Shown here: piece by piece, positions 1 to 11,210 of the stretch | Layout of the letters: each line of letters opens with the position of its first letter | Numbering within the stretch: the first letter of the stretch is position 1 | Source of the DNA: Octopus sinensis | Lineage: Eukaryota | DNA length: 29,056 bases | Direction: 5' to 3' | Assembly: GCF_006345805.1 (NCBI RefSeq) | Contig: NW_021832358.1 | Location: 1 to 29,056, forward strand | Translations under genes and position numbers: made by a program | Notes under the pieces: generated by a model | What the model was told of the DNA's origin: nothing | The model's input: the letters and a program-made list of their open reading frames with translations, nothing else | Databases searched by the model: none

Positions 1-150
1 TTAATAAGTAACTATTTCATTTAAAAAATACTTTATTTTTACTTTTAAGCCAAAATACACATTTTCATATATTTTAACTTTTTTACTTAAATTGCCCTAG
101 AGATGACTAATAATTTATTGAAAAATAAACTAAAAATTTGTTCTCCAGTT

Positions 151-593
151 TTATTTGTCAGATGACTTGGTGCATTTAATAGCTTCATTTGCCAATTTCA
201 TTATTTCTTCTTCTAAAATTATTTTACATGAAAATTATTTTTTTCATGATTTAATGCCTGGCGAAATCCTGAACCAATTGATGATATTTTCTTATAACAT
301 GGAGCAAGCATGTCACGATTGATTATTGAAATATAATCGATCATGCCGTCAAAAAGTTTTAAAAATCATGAATTAGCTCTTCCATAGTCACGTGATCCAC
401 TCTCGAAGAATCTCTAAATGTTGAAAATATTAAGAATTACGTGTACTCTTTTTTAATGTGTTCTACAAGATTTTTCGCAACTTTTACCGACCCACTGTAT
501 GTCATCACTGAATTTTTTGATAACTGATGTTTTTTTTTTCTGTGTCAAAGCCTAAATTGAGTAAATAGTATACATTACTTTAAAGGCCTGCAT
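151..593 (-). pseudogene. Possible intron-containing gene or gene 3' part of unknown product, frame broken at homopolymer runs
   Basis: Two 27-nt GT-AG segments (552-578, 414-440) join frames reading MQAFK|ALTQKKK..SGSVKVAKNLVEHIKKEY|TDSSRVDHVTMEELIHDF..DGMIDYISIINRDMLAPCYKK. Continuity needs 1-nt indels in an A10 run and a T run. No family recognised. Confidence 0.3.
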
Positions 594-642
594 TTTGTGT
601 TTTTCATTTAATTTGCTTTCTTATATTATGCAAATATCGGTG

Positions 643-1547
643 TTATTATTATTATTATTAAAGCAATCTCGCGGAATCAAAAAGTTAATTAAGATTCCAC
701 TTTTGCCATCCGACTCAGGATACGCTCTGTTAGTCGTATCCACGCTCCCCTGTTACGTGCGAGGTATCTCAGTTTGTCCAGGTCATCGTCCGATTTCAGT
801 TTCCTTCCAATCGACGTGAGATCATGGTCGAGCGTAGTCGGTAATGTTGTTCTTTGTCGGCCCCTATATGCCGTTTTATTTAATGAGCAGAAGTAGGATT
901 CCATGTTCTAATTGGCCGGCGTCATTTCTGAGGCTCTTAGGACATGTCCAAAGAGCATCCACTTCGTGAACATCACTTTCTTTGCAATCTCGGATGTATG
1001 GGTGATTCTGTAGAGTTCATTATTGGTCATCTTTTTTGGCCAGTGAATTCCCAGGAGTAGTCGTAGTTGTTTTCTGTGGAAAGAGTTGAGCTGCTCCAGT
1101 TCTTTAGCGGTTAGGCCCCAGGTCCCAGCGTTGTAAAGCAAGATTGGTTCGACAAAGGAGTTGTACAGCCGAATTCGAAGACGGGTTCCTATGTACTTGC
1201 GCCTCATCCAGATCGCCCACATTTTTTTGAAGGATGCAACAGCCAGCACTTTCCTTCGAATAACGTCCTCCGAGTCCCCAAGGAGAGATCCAACTTTCTT
1301 GCATGTTCTCCACTTCTCCTCGTTTCTCGTCCCCAGACGGGATATGGTAGTTCTTTCCGTTTTGTCCGGGTTTATTACAAGGGACCAGTCCTTCAACGAA
1401 TGAGGGATCAGTTTTAATAAGTTTTCCAGTGAGTCCTGATCTCGGGAGACGAAATCAATATCGTCGGCGTAAATTACTTCCATCACGTTGGTAAAGTATT
1501 TATTCCTCCGAAGAGGTCTTAGGGCTGCCTCCAGGTAGATTATGAAT
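643..1547 (-). mobile_element. 5'-truncated RTE-like non-LTR retrotransposon with (TAA)n tail and target-site duplication
   Basis: RT C-terminal half LFIIYLEAALR..YADD..KKVGSLLG..PILLYNAGTW..FHRKQLRLLLGIHWP..WMLFGHVLR (ORFs 908-1486 and 689-904, one stop between them). (TAA)6 tail at 643-660. Flanking repeat AAATATCGGTGTTATT (632-647) versus AAATATTGGTGTTATT (1548-1563), 15/16 identical. Confidence 0.92.
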
Positions 1548-1558
1548 AAATATTGGTG

Positions 1559-2332
1559 TTATTTTATTATTATTATTTAAGCCAAAAACAGAATCACCGT
1601 CTTAACCATTAACTAACGTGTTCAGGTGATTCCGACACTTCTCAACAGTCTAGCCATCTTTTCACGATGTTCAGACCGTGACCCCACACACTTTCTGTAT
1701 GTACGGTGAAATGCTTGTGGTCCATCTCCACGATCCCTCCCACTTGCCTCTACAAGAGACTCCAGTGTTCGATGGACAATTTTCATGTCGGTATGGTCCT
1801 TCAGTATGTTTATGGATTTTTCTTGGATTTTCTCGATTTTTAGTTGGTTCGTTGCCGCCAGGTTACAGCCCCAAGCAGCACATGCATAGCCTATTGTTGG
1901 CTCGATATACTGCTTGTAAAGGGTCTCTACCCCTGGCGGACAAGTTCTCCCACAGTTCGAAAGAAAGGCTTTCACAAAATTGATTTTCTTTATACAAGTT
2001 GACACGATTGATTCAACATGAGGTGAGAAACAGAGGAAAGTGTCAAACGTTACACCCAATATCTTCTGTGTTTTCTTTTGTGGTATTGGGACTCCATTCA
2101 GCGTGACTTCAATAATTTTCGTCCCCATCTTCCTGTTTTTCGTGAATAGGGTGACTGCTGACTTTTCGGAACATGCATGTAGTCTGTTTTCATATAGCCA
2201 TCCATATAATTCGTCCAGTATTCTTTGTAGTCTTTCCTTCGCGTATTCGACATTTACATCCCTTGATGCGACAACTATGTCATCGGCATAGGAGAGTAGT
2301 ATGTCATTATTATCCATAGGAACCGGGAGACC
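1559..2332 (-). mobile_element. 3' (sense) segment of an APE-RT LINE (Jockey/I/Ingi-like), from the YADD motif to a (TAA)n tail
   Basis: ORF 1622-2317 with LPVP..LSYADD..EKSAVTLFT..KILGVTFD..TLYKQYIEPTIGYACAAW. TAA-rich tail at about 1559-1578. Confidence 0.88.
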
Positions 2333-3932
2333 TCCTACGGAAGACTTGAAATCGCCAATGTCTACGTACCTCCCCCAGGTTCATGCAAGAAGGGCTATCG
2401 TTTTGACCTATCAAGCCTTGATAAATTGGATAACTTACTCTTATGCGGAGATCTGAACGCGAAGCATCCCGCTTGGTTCAGATATCAGACTGCCGATGCC
2501 AGAGGAAACTTTTGATATCGCAATTGCAGAAGTTAATAATCCTTAACAACCCGAAAAAGAACACTCGAACACCCTACAACTCTAAGGACACGAGGACATC
2601 GCCAGATCTATCAATCTGCTCACCTCGGCTTTCCCCTATCATCAAGTGGTCGGTCCGCTATGATCTCCGAAGTGACCACCACTCAATGATAATGAGAATG
2701 AACTGTTCTCCACATCTCATACTGAAACCAAATTATTTCTATGATTACGAAAACGCAGATTGGAATGCTTTCGCAAATTACGTCGATTCAAGACTCCAGA
2801 ACTTTCACCCTAAGAATTTTTCTTCCTTGGACAGGGCAGTGGAAAGCTTCAACAAAACTATCATAGATGCAAGAAATTTGATTATCAGAAGAGCATGTAT
2901 AAGAAGTGGGAGCTCAAAATATGACTCAAGAACGAAAAATTAATCAGAGAAAGAACCAGCCTCAAGAAAAGAAAGTATCGACCCAAAGTAATCATCGATC
3001 GAATCAGGGCTCTAAACATGCTTATTACGAATAATACCAACCAAGTCCAAGGAAGAAGCTCAGCCGAATCTCTAGAGCCATGAATAAACAAGCCTCTATT
3101 TCGGCCATGTGGACGATGTTGAGACGCTTAAAGAATCCTGACGAGCGTAAAACAGAAACATATCAGCTCAAGCTAAACAATTTTATGAAACACTGTGTCA
3201 AGATTAGTCATATTCCTTATAAAAAAATGAACTCACAGTCAAGATTAAAATCAAAGCCATCCAAAAGGCCCCCGACGACTTATTTTCTTCCTGAAGAGGT
3301 GTCTGAAACAATCTCGAATCAGAAGAAAACAAACTCATGTGGACCGGATGGAATTCCGCTTATTCTACTAAAACACTTGGGCCCAGTTTCAATAAATGCT
3401 TTAACCACGATCTATAACACATCATTATTCACGAACTCTATACCGAACTTATGGAAACTATCAAAAATCCGGCCAATATTAAAACCTGGAAGACCGAAAA
3501 ACGACCCCGGCTCCTATAGACCAATATCCCTTATATGTGTGCTGTCAAGAATCTTGGAAAAACTGGTTCTAAAACATATTCGCCCTTTCCTCCCACAATC
3601 CACATTTCAACATGGATTCAAGGAAGGATTGTCAACGACCTCCTTCCTCACCACACTAACAGATTTCATAAATGAAGGACACAAAAAGAAGAAATTGCAG
3701 GAGAAATCAATTGTATGCACTATCGACATTCAAAAAGCGTTTGACTCCGTCCCAAGGAAGATCCTAATTCAAAAGATATTTGGTACAAATATTTCTACAC
3801 CTATGAAGCTATGGATAGCGAATTTTTTGAGCGGACGTCGTGGGAAAGTGTGCGTCGGGAACGAGAGTTCAAGATCACGCTTTTTGCCCAATGGTGTACC
3901 CCAGGGTTCTCCTTTATCCCCTGTTGTTTGAG
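2327..3932 (+). mobile_element. Inverted 5' segment of an APE-RT LINE: AP endonuclease plus RT N-terminal part, frameshifted
   Basis: APE motifs IANVYVPP, GDLNAKHPAW, PDLSICS and SDH. RT motifs GPDGI, SYRPISL, QHGF, IDIQKAFDSV and GVPQGSPLSP. The segment stops before YADD. Confidence 0.9.
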
Positions 3933-3999
3933 ATAATAAAGTGTTTGAGCTCTATGAATTTGTTTTGGATTCCGTTGATGTTCAATTGGAGAATTTATC

Positions 4000-4560
4000 T
4001 TATTCCAACGCTTTGGATAGGAAATGGTGTGATTGTTTTGGATCTGCCGGCTTTGTAGCCGTAGGAGTGTTGCCCCGAGGGACTATTGTGGGCGATTTTT
4101 ATGTAAATACAGATCTGGTGACTCCATTAGAGCGGCCACGTTGACCAGATGAATAGCTCTTATATTTGGTTAAGTTTCAAAAAAGAAATGGACACCACAA
4201 GAAATGCACCGCTAGCGTGCTTCAATCGAATACAAATCTCCCATTACGGACGACACACACATCCTGGATTGCAAAAATCTCACCGCTATAAGAAGGTCAT
4301 ATGAGATTAACTCACTCTTTAACTTATGGTGTGACCATAAGAGGACTGTCGGTTTTCTTCGTGCCGAATTCCTCCCAATTTCATGGGGAATGAGGTTAGA
4401 TAAATTAAAGGCCGGCAGAGTTATTTGGCTGTCAACAGCTACGACAATACCTTCAGCATATCTGATGCCCATTGCAGTTGTATGGCTTTGAATAATCTCT
4501 TCATCCGTAATCGGTAATAATGACGGCAAGTTTGCAAATATAGTTGAGGTCGGGAGAATG
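4000..4560 (-). pseudogene. Highly divergent or decayed 20S proteasome beta-subunit-like gene
   Basis: TTAMGIRYAEGIVVAVDSQIT matches the beta-subunit N-terminus (Thr1 and Asp17 positions kept). Downstream similarity is weak (SRMCVSSV, QSVG). In-frame stop at 4212-4214, possible 30-nt GTGAGT..TAG intron, no clean start. Confidence 0.45.
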
Positions 4561-4629
4561 GAAACTCATTCATAATCATCAATTTTATCTAATTTTTTAG
4601 CATAAATAATGTTTTTGTTTTCAAGTGAA

Positions 4630-4731
4630 ATGTATTACATTTATCGGCTGAATTTGGTTCATGGAGATGTAAGAGCAGACAACGTTCTGATCAACAATGA
4701 ATTAATATGTAAATTTCCAATTTTGGATTAG
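4630..4731 (+). pseudogene. Protein kinase catalytic-loop fragment, tyrosine-kinase-like
   Basis: VHGDVRADNVLINNELICK-(frameshift)-SNFGL resembles [25 protein letters not shown] (subdomains VIb-VII). No other subdomains recognised. Confidence 0.5.
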
Positions 4732-4876
4732 ACATCAAAGCAAATTTCAACGGCCCTAAAGGAAAGATTCGATTTGATAAAATTTTTCAGATTCAAATCA
4801 GTTTTAAAATTTTGTCAATCATATTGATATGTGTACTTTCCAAACAGTAAAGGAAAACGAAACCTAACAACTCTTT

Positions 4877-4968
4877 AAATTTGTCCTGGACGGCTTCAAT
4901 GAGAGAAAACCGCCAAAACAAACAGTCATCGCTTCCATTGAGATATTTCTAAAGGTTTTGACAGTGAT
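4877..4968 (+). mobile_element. Short decayed LINE RT fragment
   Basis: KFVLDGFNERKPPKQTVIASIEI-(frameshift)-SKGFDS resembles the DISKAFD region, also seen in the LINE at about 3660-3750. Confidence 0.5.
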
Positions 4969-5380
4969 GTTCTGAAGACTGACCTAAACTAAAATATGGA
5001 ATTCCAATTCTATGTGATAAAAAACGAAAGATTGCTAATTTCCACTTGGTAGGAATAGCAACATAGACGAGACTCCTTTGACATGCGATTACATAACAAG
5101 AGTGGGAAAATATTTTTTATTAATACGGCATCTTCGGAAAATATTCATAATAAGTATATTGTAGTGAATTAGTTGATTTCGACAATCTAAGTCGTTTTTC
5201 TTGCTCTTTTGTGTTTGACAGCCAGCAGAACTCAACAACTGAAAAGACTTTAGCAACCGACGACTGACTGAATAACACCAGTCCATTTTTTAATGTCTAA
5301 TTTATTAATAAAACAAATAAAATTTGATTATTGCACGTTATTAAATAAACTCAAATTTTATTGACTGTGGTGGGATATCC

Positions 5381-6768
5381 ATGTCTACTCTATAGTATTG
5401 GTCACTAAATATTTGATAGCGTACAACCTGATCATTTGTACAGAGCACTGCTGCATGACACCACCAAAAATGTTTCCGACACATACTTTGACTTTGATCG
5501 AAGTAATCTTTTAAAAAAAAGTAGAACTCGACGGGTACTTTTTTAATCCTGATACCAATCGCTACTACAAGATTGACGTTGAATCTGAAGATGTGAACCC
5601 AGGGAAGGTCATAAATTTTAAAGCCGAAAAGCTCTCATCTGTCGTCCAAAAACATTATCCTTCGGTAGTTTCATATAGTAATAGTAGATTAAAAAATTTG
5701 TAAATGATATTATCCAATCTGAATACGAAATGTCTATCGGAAATGTCTTTATCAATTCAGCCAGAGCATTGAAAAGCAAAAAGCCCCGAGTTGGTCCCCC
5801 TAAAATAACGAGAGAAAATAGATCGAGAGTGGAGGGCGGGCTCTACATTTATTTCCCCCGACGGAGACATCCTGTTCTACCACGACTCTTATCACGCTCA
5901 TTTTTATACGGTCGACCGTGATTTCACCGTGAATCCGTTCCCTCCTATCGATTTCATTTACTACGGGAACTATGTCTCGGATGTTTGTTTCATTGGGGGC
6001 TGCCCTCTGTCGCCTCCCCCTCAGTCTTTGGAGGATCTGGTCACCGTGGTCATTTTACTCAGACTGGAGTGGATTGTCGTTGTTTTGGACAAGTCCCGTC
6101 TCCTTGTTGCCGACATGCAAATTCACAGGATGGAGGACCCCGCCCGTTCGTTGTCCTTCAATAATAAATTGGCACTGGCCCATATGAATTGCGTTGTACT
6201 CCACGATTTTGCTGGAAACGACGTCAAGCTGAAATACGGATCCAACGGAGTCGGTTTTGAGGTACGAGCCAATCCTTAAGACAAGGGACAACATATTCTT
6301 CACTCGGTCAGTGCACGTGACTCGAAAATACAGATTTTTGACTTGAGATGTAATGAGAACCACAAATGTGTCGAATTTCATTGTAAGAGACTTGTCCGTT
6401 CTCTGCACTATCAGTTGGAGGTAAGGACGAGTCCTCGAGTGCTGTGTGGATCTGATTCTCAGTTGTTTTCCTATGATTTGCGTTTTCCTTCCCGTATTTT
6501 GTCGACGTTCCGAGGCCATTCTACTTCCAAGTTAAAGGGGAGTATTTTTGAATATGAAGAGAGTTGTAATTTGGTCACGTCTGGTAGTATTGTGGTGATG
6601 TTGTACAGTTGATGAGTTGGGTATGCGAGGATGTGGTCACTCGAGGGGCAGAGTGCGCAGGTGGTTGTCCCCCCTTTACATGTCGACGAATATACAAATG
6701 TTCATCTGAGGAGCGTGATGGGTGGAGTGGTGTGTGGTCCTAGACTTTATTTTATATCTCCCAATGAT
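5381..6768 (+). CDS. DCAF4: DCAF4/WDR21-like WD40 protein, about 411 aa, six tiny introns
   Basis: Introns 5395-5419 (25 nt), 5503-5524 (22), 5665-5687 (23), 5790-5814 (25), 6262-6285 (24) and 6584-6616 (33; a donor at 6587 giving 30 nt also works) yield one ATG-to-TGA frame. LDGYFFNPDTNRYYKI resembles the DCAF4 LPGFYFDPEKKRYF motif. ARDSKIQIFDLRC, YDLRFPSRILSTFRGH and GYARMWSL match the DCAF4 WD region. Extra in-frame introns are possible. The gene model is firmer than the orthology. Confidence 0.7.
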
Positions 6769-6890
6769 TCTTTCTTTTATATTTTGTAAATCATTGTTTA
6801 ATTTGTAATTCATTGGATGAATTTAGTCAGCCCGATGATGTTGCGTCTTCGTTATAATTATTGGTTAAATATTGTTACTGCTCGCTAATT

Positions 6891-7103
6891 TTAATTATTT
6901 TTCGTGTAACAAACTGGTTTATAACACGTGTGTATTAAACAGACGCCAAATCTGGATGCAATCAAATTTATGCCATTGCTAGAACAGCTGAATTTCAGAT
7001 ACTTTGAATTTAGATCTCCGATGATTACATCTATGCAATCGATTACCTGTGTTTGAGAAAGCCACTCTTGAAATTTCTTTATTTTACAAAAGAAGGATTG
7101 CAT
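6891..7103 (-). mobile_element. Possible AP-endonuclease remnant of a LINE
   Basis: Single motif IDVIIGDLNSKY, of the APE GDxN type. Confidence 0.3.
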
Positions 7104-7877
7104 TTCCTCAAAAATTCAATGAAAATACTCAAATTAGTTCATTCGACGTTGCTTTCAGATTGAGAAATCCAGAATTGGTAGAATGGTCACTTCAGACCGT
7201 CCTAGTTTTGGGTTTTTCTCAAGGTTATCGAAGTGTAGACTTTAAATTTGACATATCCCTTAATTATAAGCTGGAAAATATCATTCGAAAATACTCCAAT
7301 AATAAGCCAACTCTGATTGTATATTCTCAAGTTCTGTTCGATTTGTAAAAGTACATTAATGGCGGCAAATGTGCTAATAAACGAATGTTTTGTCACCGAT
7401 ATGAGTATTTTGTCTCAGCTTGACAATTTTCCCGACAAAATAAAGGACAATGGATTAAAAAGTACATTTCAACCAAAATTACGTCCGTAAGGGAATAGGC
7501 CATCACCACGCGGGATTAGATCACGATGATCGCCGTTTGTTTAAAGAAATGTTCAACTCTTGTCGATTTTTCGTTAACCAACCATATTCTAGTTTGCACA
7601 TCCAGTCTGTCTCGAGGAATCAACCTCCCAGCCCACTTGGTTATAATTAAGTCGACTTTCCATCACAACAATGGCCAAATAAAACCTTACGACGACTGGC
7701 AATTGATGATGGGTTGGGCATGCAGGCCACAGTGCGATGACTGTGCCACTGCGGTTTTATGATTAAGGAGAACTTGGTGGAAAAATACCAAAGGTTTGTA
7801 GACGAATCTCAGTTTTTGGAAAGTCGGTTGTTTAAATATAAGCAATATCTAAGGTAGGGACAGTGCTTAACTGAGTA

Positions 7878-9323
7878 CACTCCATGTAATAAAAAACCGG
7901 ATTTTCAAGTTTGCATGTTTTTACTAGTATTTTTTTAAATGTATATCAATTTTTAAATTACTTTTCAGCAATCGTTTGTTGTATCTTTTTACTATTTTTA
8001 AAATTATAATGTATATTTGAATAATTGATCTTGATAAAATCTTAGCGTGTATTAAAAAACCGGATTTTTTTTGATTAGTCTGTTGCTAAGCCAATTTTTA
8101 GGTATTTGAAAAAAATGCTTGATAAAATCACTAAAGGAAAGATTCTAGCTCTCATTCAATTAAATTGGACACAAAAGAAGATTGTTGAGGAGCTGAATAT
8201 TCCAACTTCGACTCTCAATGATTTTCTGAATAAGTTAAATAAAAAAGGGACTGTTGATCGTATACCTGGTTCTGGAAGACCCAAAAAGCTCTCTAACTCA
8301 GATATTTGTAAACTTGTCAACATTGTGAAAGAAAATCCAAAAAAACACTGGCCAACCTGAAAGAAGAAGTCTTCGATTTTACAGGAAAAGTTGTCTGCAA
8401 AAAAACAATAAGCAATTATCTACATGAAAATCATTACAAAGCATGTGTGTAAAAGAAAACCTTTTTTATCAAAAAAAAATAGTGAAAAACAATATGAGCT
8501 TTCAATAATCTTTTCTGCTATAAGCAATGAAACGTGGAGAACTGTTATATAGAGTGACGAGGCTTCCTTTGAAATTTTTTCATCTAAAAAAATAAAATTT
8601 TGCTTTAGAAAAAAAATAAAGCCTTAAATTATGCCCATTTAACTCCAACTTTGAAGTTTGGTGGTGGAAGAATTATGATATGGGGTTGTATTTCCTATCA
8701 TGGAAAGGGGAATTTGGTTATAGTAAATGAAAAAATAAATTCTGCTGTATATATCAACATTTTAATAAATAATTTGTGAAAATCGGTAGATAAAATGGGG
8801 CTAAATCGTTTTATTTTCCAACAAGATTTTGCCCCCTGTCATAATTCACAAAGAACAAAACAATTTTTGAATGAGAAAAAATTGAATTATTAAATTGGGC
8901 AATACAATCACCAGATTTGAACCCAATTGAACATGTGTGGAGCTACATAAAGGAAGAATTGAGTAAAAAAAATGCTGCATAGTAAAAAAGATTTATGCGA
9001 AAATATCATAAAAATTTGGGACGAAATACCAATGGAATTTCTGAGAAAATTAACTGAAAGCATGCCAAAAAGAAGCATTGAGCTTTATAAGGCAAATAGA
9101 GGACACATTAATTATTAATCATTTGACTTTTTTTCTAATCCGGTTTTTTTTACACAGAAAAAATTTAATATAGTCAGTTTAGCTGTACAAAAAAATTATT
9201 GAAAAATTATAAAAAGAAAAGTTACGAAGATTATCATTATAAATTAAAAAAAAGTCTAAAATTAAAAACAGAATATCAAAAAAATTAAGCATTTGAAAAT
9301 CCGGTTTTTTATTACATGGAGTG
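7878..9323 (+). mobile_element. Full-length Tc1-family (DD34E) DNA transposon, 1446 bp, with TA target duplication
   Basis: Perfect 31-bp TIRs CACTCCATGTAATAAAAAACCGGATTTTCAA (7878-7908 and 9293-9323). TA at 7876-7877 and 9324-9325. Internal transposase. Confidence 0.97.
8115..9118 (+). pseudogene. Inactivated Tc1 transposase
   Basis: N-terminal HTH and GSGRPKKL; VI*SDEASF (TAG at the Trp position, 8550-8552); KFGGGRIMIWGC; FQQDFAPCH; SPDLNPIEHVW. D-x34-E after correcting one indel in an A run. Several frameshifts and stops. Confidence 0.93.
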
Positions 9324-10689
9324 TATATCAACGTGGAAGTGACAATCGAGACAATTACAAATTTGACGAGTTATTTTCCTGAATTAGATCGACCTTTATT
9401 CTCGTTTGCTGTGTAAAAAATCCGAAATTTTGTGGTAAAGAGCAAACATTTTTATTAAAACAGTTAGGCTTAATTTTTAATTCAAGTTCTCAAGAAGAAA
9501 GTTCTCCTGATTCAAGTTATCCTGAAGAAATAAGAAACAATTTAATAAGTAAAAAAATATTTGAATTTTTATTTTAGAAAACTGTCAAAAAAATTTTGAT
9601 GAAATGAAAAATGAAAATATAGTCCAAGTAGACAACCAAAGGATACAAAAAACAAGTTACTATAAAAATCTCATTTCAAGGTTTGAGAATTCTAATGGCT
9701 AAATACTATGTAAGCTTTAAAACAATGAAAATTGTTGAAAAATGATAACTCCTTGGAGGCTCTGGTTTGTTTTATAATAAGTGTTGATTTCAGTTATTGA
9801 GGGTTATCTATTTTTCAGTATTTCAAGACTTTCCACTACGACGAAGTGAGGAAAAAACTCTCAACGAACTAAAAGAAAATTTTTCGATTCGTTTTCCCAT
9901 CAAAAAAAAGAATAAAAACCGCTTCAGATAAAATAAACTGGTGTTTGCAAATTTTAATCGCAGTGTTATCCAAGCTATGTTTGGTTCCTTGAAAATTAAG
10001 GTTTTCCGAATTATTTAAGATTTTTATAACCTTCTCCGCATCGTTGCAAGAATCAGTTGATGTGAAAATTGGGAGTTTATTTTTAGTCTTTTTTGAACAT
10101 GTTTATGAACAGAACGACGATTATGAGATTTTTAAAAACGCAGCAACTCTAGCTAAATGTCTACAAACTCAACTTTGGGAAAACTGTCCATTTCTGAACC
10201 GACAATTTCCGGGAATAGGTCTTAGATAAATTTCAGATAACCTCAAACTTAAGACAGACATTAGCTGTCAAGAATTTTAGTAAACTCTCCAGTTCTTTCG
10301 CAGAACACTTTGAAGCGGTCATTCTTTAAATAATGAATTAAATATAGATCTTACATAGAAATCGACCTTTCGGTAAGGTCCTGCAAACAAAATTAAGACT
10401 ATTCGTAAATTAGAACTGAGTGTATTCCAGGGGGTAGCTTGTCTAAATATTATAGGCGCAAAATTTAAATTCACTCCAAATGCATTGTTAATCGCGCGCT
10501 CAACGCCGCTTTGATTTTTCATAAAATTAAGTCGAAAGTCGTAAAATTAAATATCTGTATATAAAAAAAAGTCGTAAAATTCATTAAGCAATTCAGCAGA
10601 ATCTTGCGTTTCTCTTGCAAATTTTTTAACAATTAAGGCTCAACTTTTTTCCAATAGAATTGCAGCAATAAAGTACAGTGACTCATTCT

Positions 10690-11210
10690 TTTCCATGTTT
10701 CAACTCATTCTTTTCCATGATTAAAATATCAATGTTCGGCTTTGTCTCAGATAGGGCAATACGCAAATCATCTACTTTAAGAAGATTTCGATAATTTGAC
10801 TTTATTATGCAAGATGTGAAATGGAATTATCTTCTCTCGTGCTATTGAACTGAGTAATGGATATACAGTTCTTAGTTCACATCAGAATTCCATTAATGTA
10901 CTGTTTTTAAACGATATTAAATCAAAATGATTATTATTTTTCAAAAACATTGAAATAGCATCAGACAACTCAACAATTCTTGTCAAAACCTTTCCCCGTG
11001 AAAGCCATCTGACTTCTGAATGACAAAATTGAATGTTCTGATCCAAGTTCTTCTGTCAGCTTCTAAAAAATTCTATGATTAACTGCTCTTGAACGAATAA
11101 TATTAATTATTTTTATTATTTGATCGAAGACAATCTTCATCTCTGATGGTAAAGTTTTCGATGCAGGAGAATATTTGTGTATTGCACAATAAAAAGATTG
11201 GATAAGGTCC
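10690..11210 (-). mobile_element. Internally deleted hAT transposase remnant (Buster/ZBED5/FAM200-like)
   Basis: CAIHKYSPASK, IIKIINIIRSRAVNHRIF, ELGSEH, EVRWLSRGKVLTRIVEL (in a shifted frame) and C-terminal YRNLLKVDDLRIALSETKPNID. No TIRs found. Confidence 0.8.

Larger units (their letters stand above)
7159..10432 (+). pseudogene. HFM1: HFM1/MER3 meiotic helicase pseudogene (helicase C-domain plus Sec63 region), N-terminus absent, interrupted by a Tc1 element
   Basis: FKFDISLNYKLENIIRKYSNNKPTLI, GIGHHHAGL, TSSLSRGINLPAHLVIIKST, LTEYINVEV (rejoined across the transposon), MAKYYVSFKTMK, IRFPIK..IKT, LAKCLQTQLWEN and RNRPFG. Lesions: motif VI reads MMGWACRPQCD instead of QMxGRAGRPQFD, stops at 7855-7857 and 9380-9382, several frameshifts. 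May extend to about 10530. Confidence 0.88.

Noticed and set aside
595-4144. Short ORFs from the track that lie antisense to or overlap LINE sequence (e.g. 595-819, 1161-1403, 1678-1983, 2040-2291, 2885-3091, 3941-4144)
   Set aside because: Most are shadow frames of retroelement or pseudogene coding sequence with no independent motif; similar shadows occur at 22694-22900 and 26029-26671.
151-9118. Treating every frameshift as biological
   Set aside because: Several lie in homopolymer runs (A10 at 530-539, A runs in the Tc1) and could be sequencing or assembly errors. Pseudogene calls rest on substitutions and insertions where available.
9380-9382. TGA at a conserved Trp position of MER3 (and TAG at Trp positions in the Tc1 and RTE), suggesting stop-codon reassignment
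   Set aside because: Intact genes use TGG for Trp and end in TAA or TGA. The affected sequences carry many other lesions, so these are ordinary G-to-A mutations.
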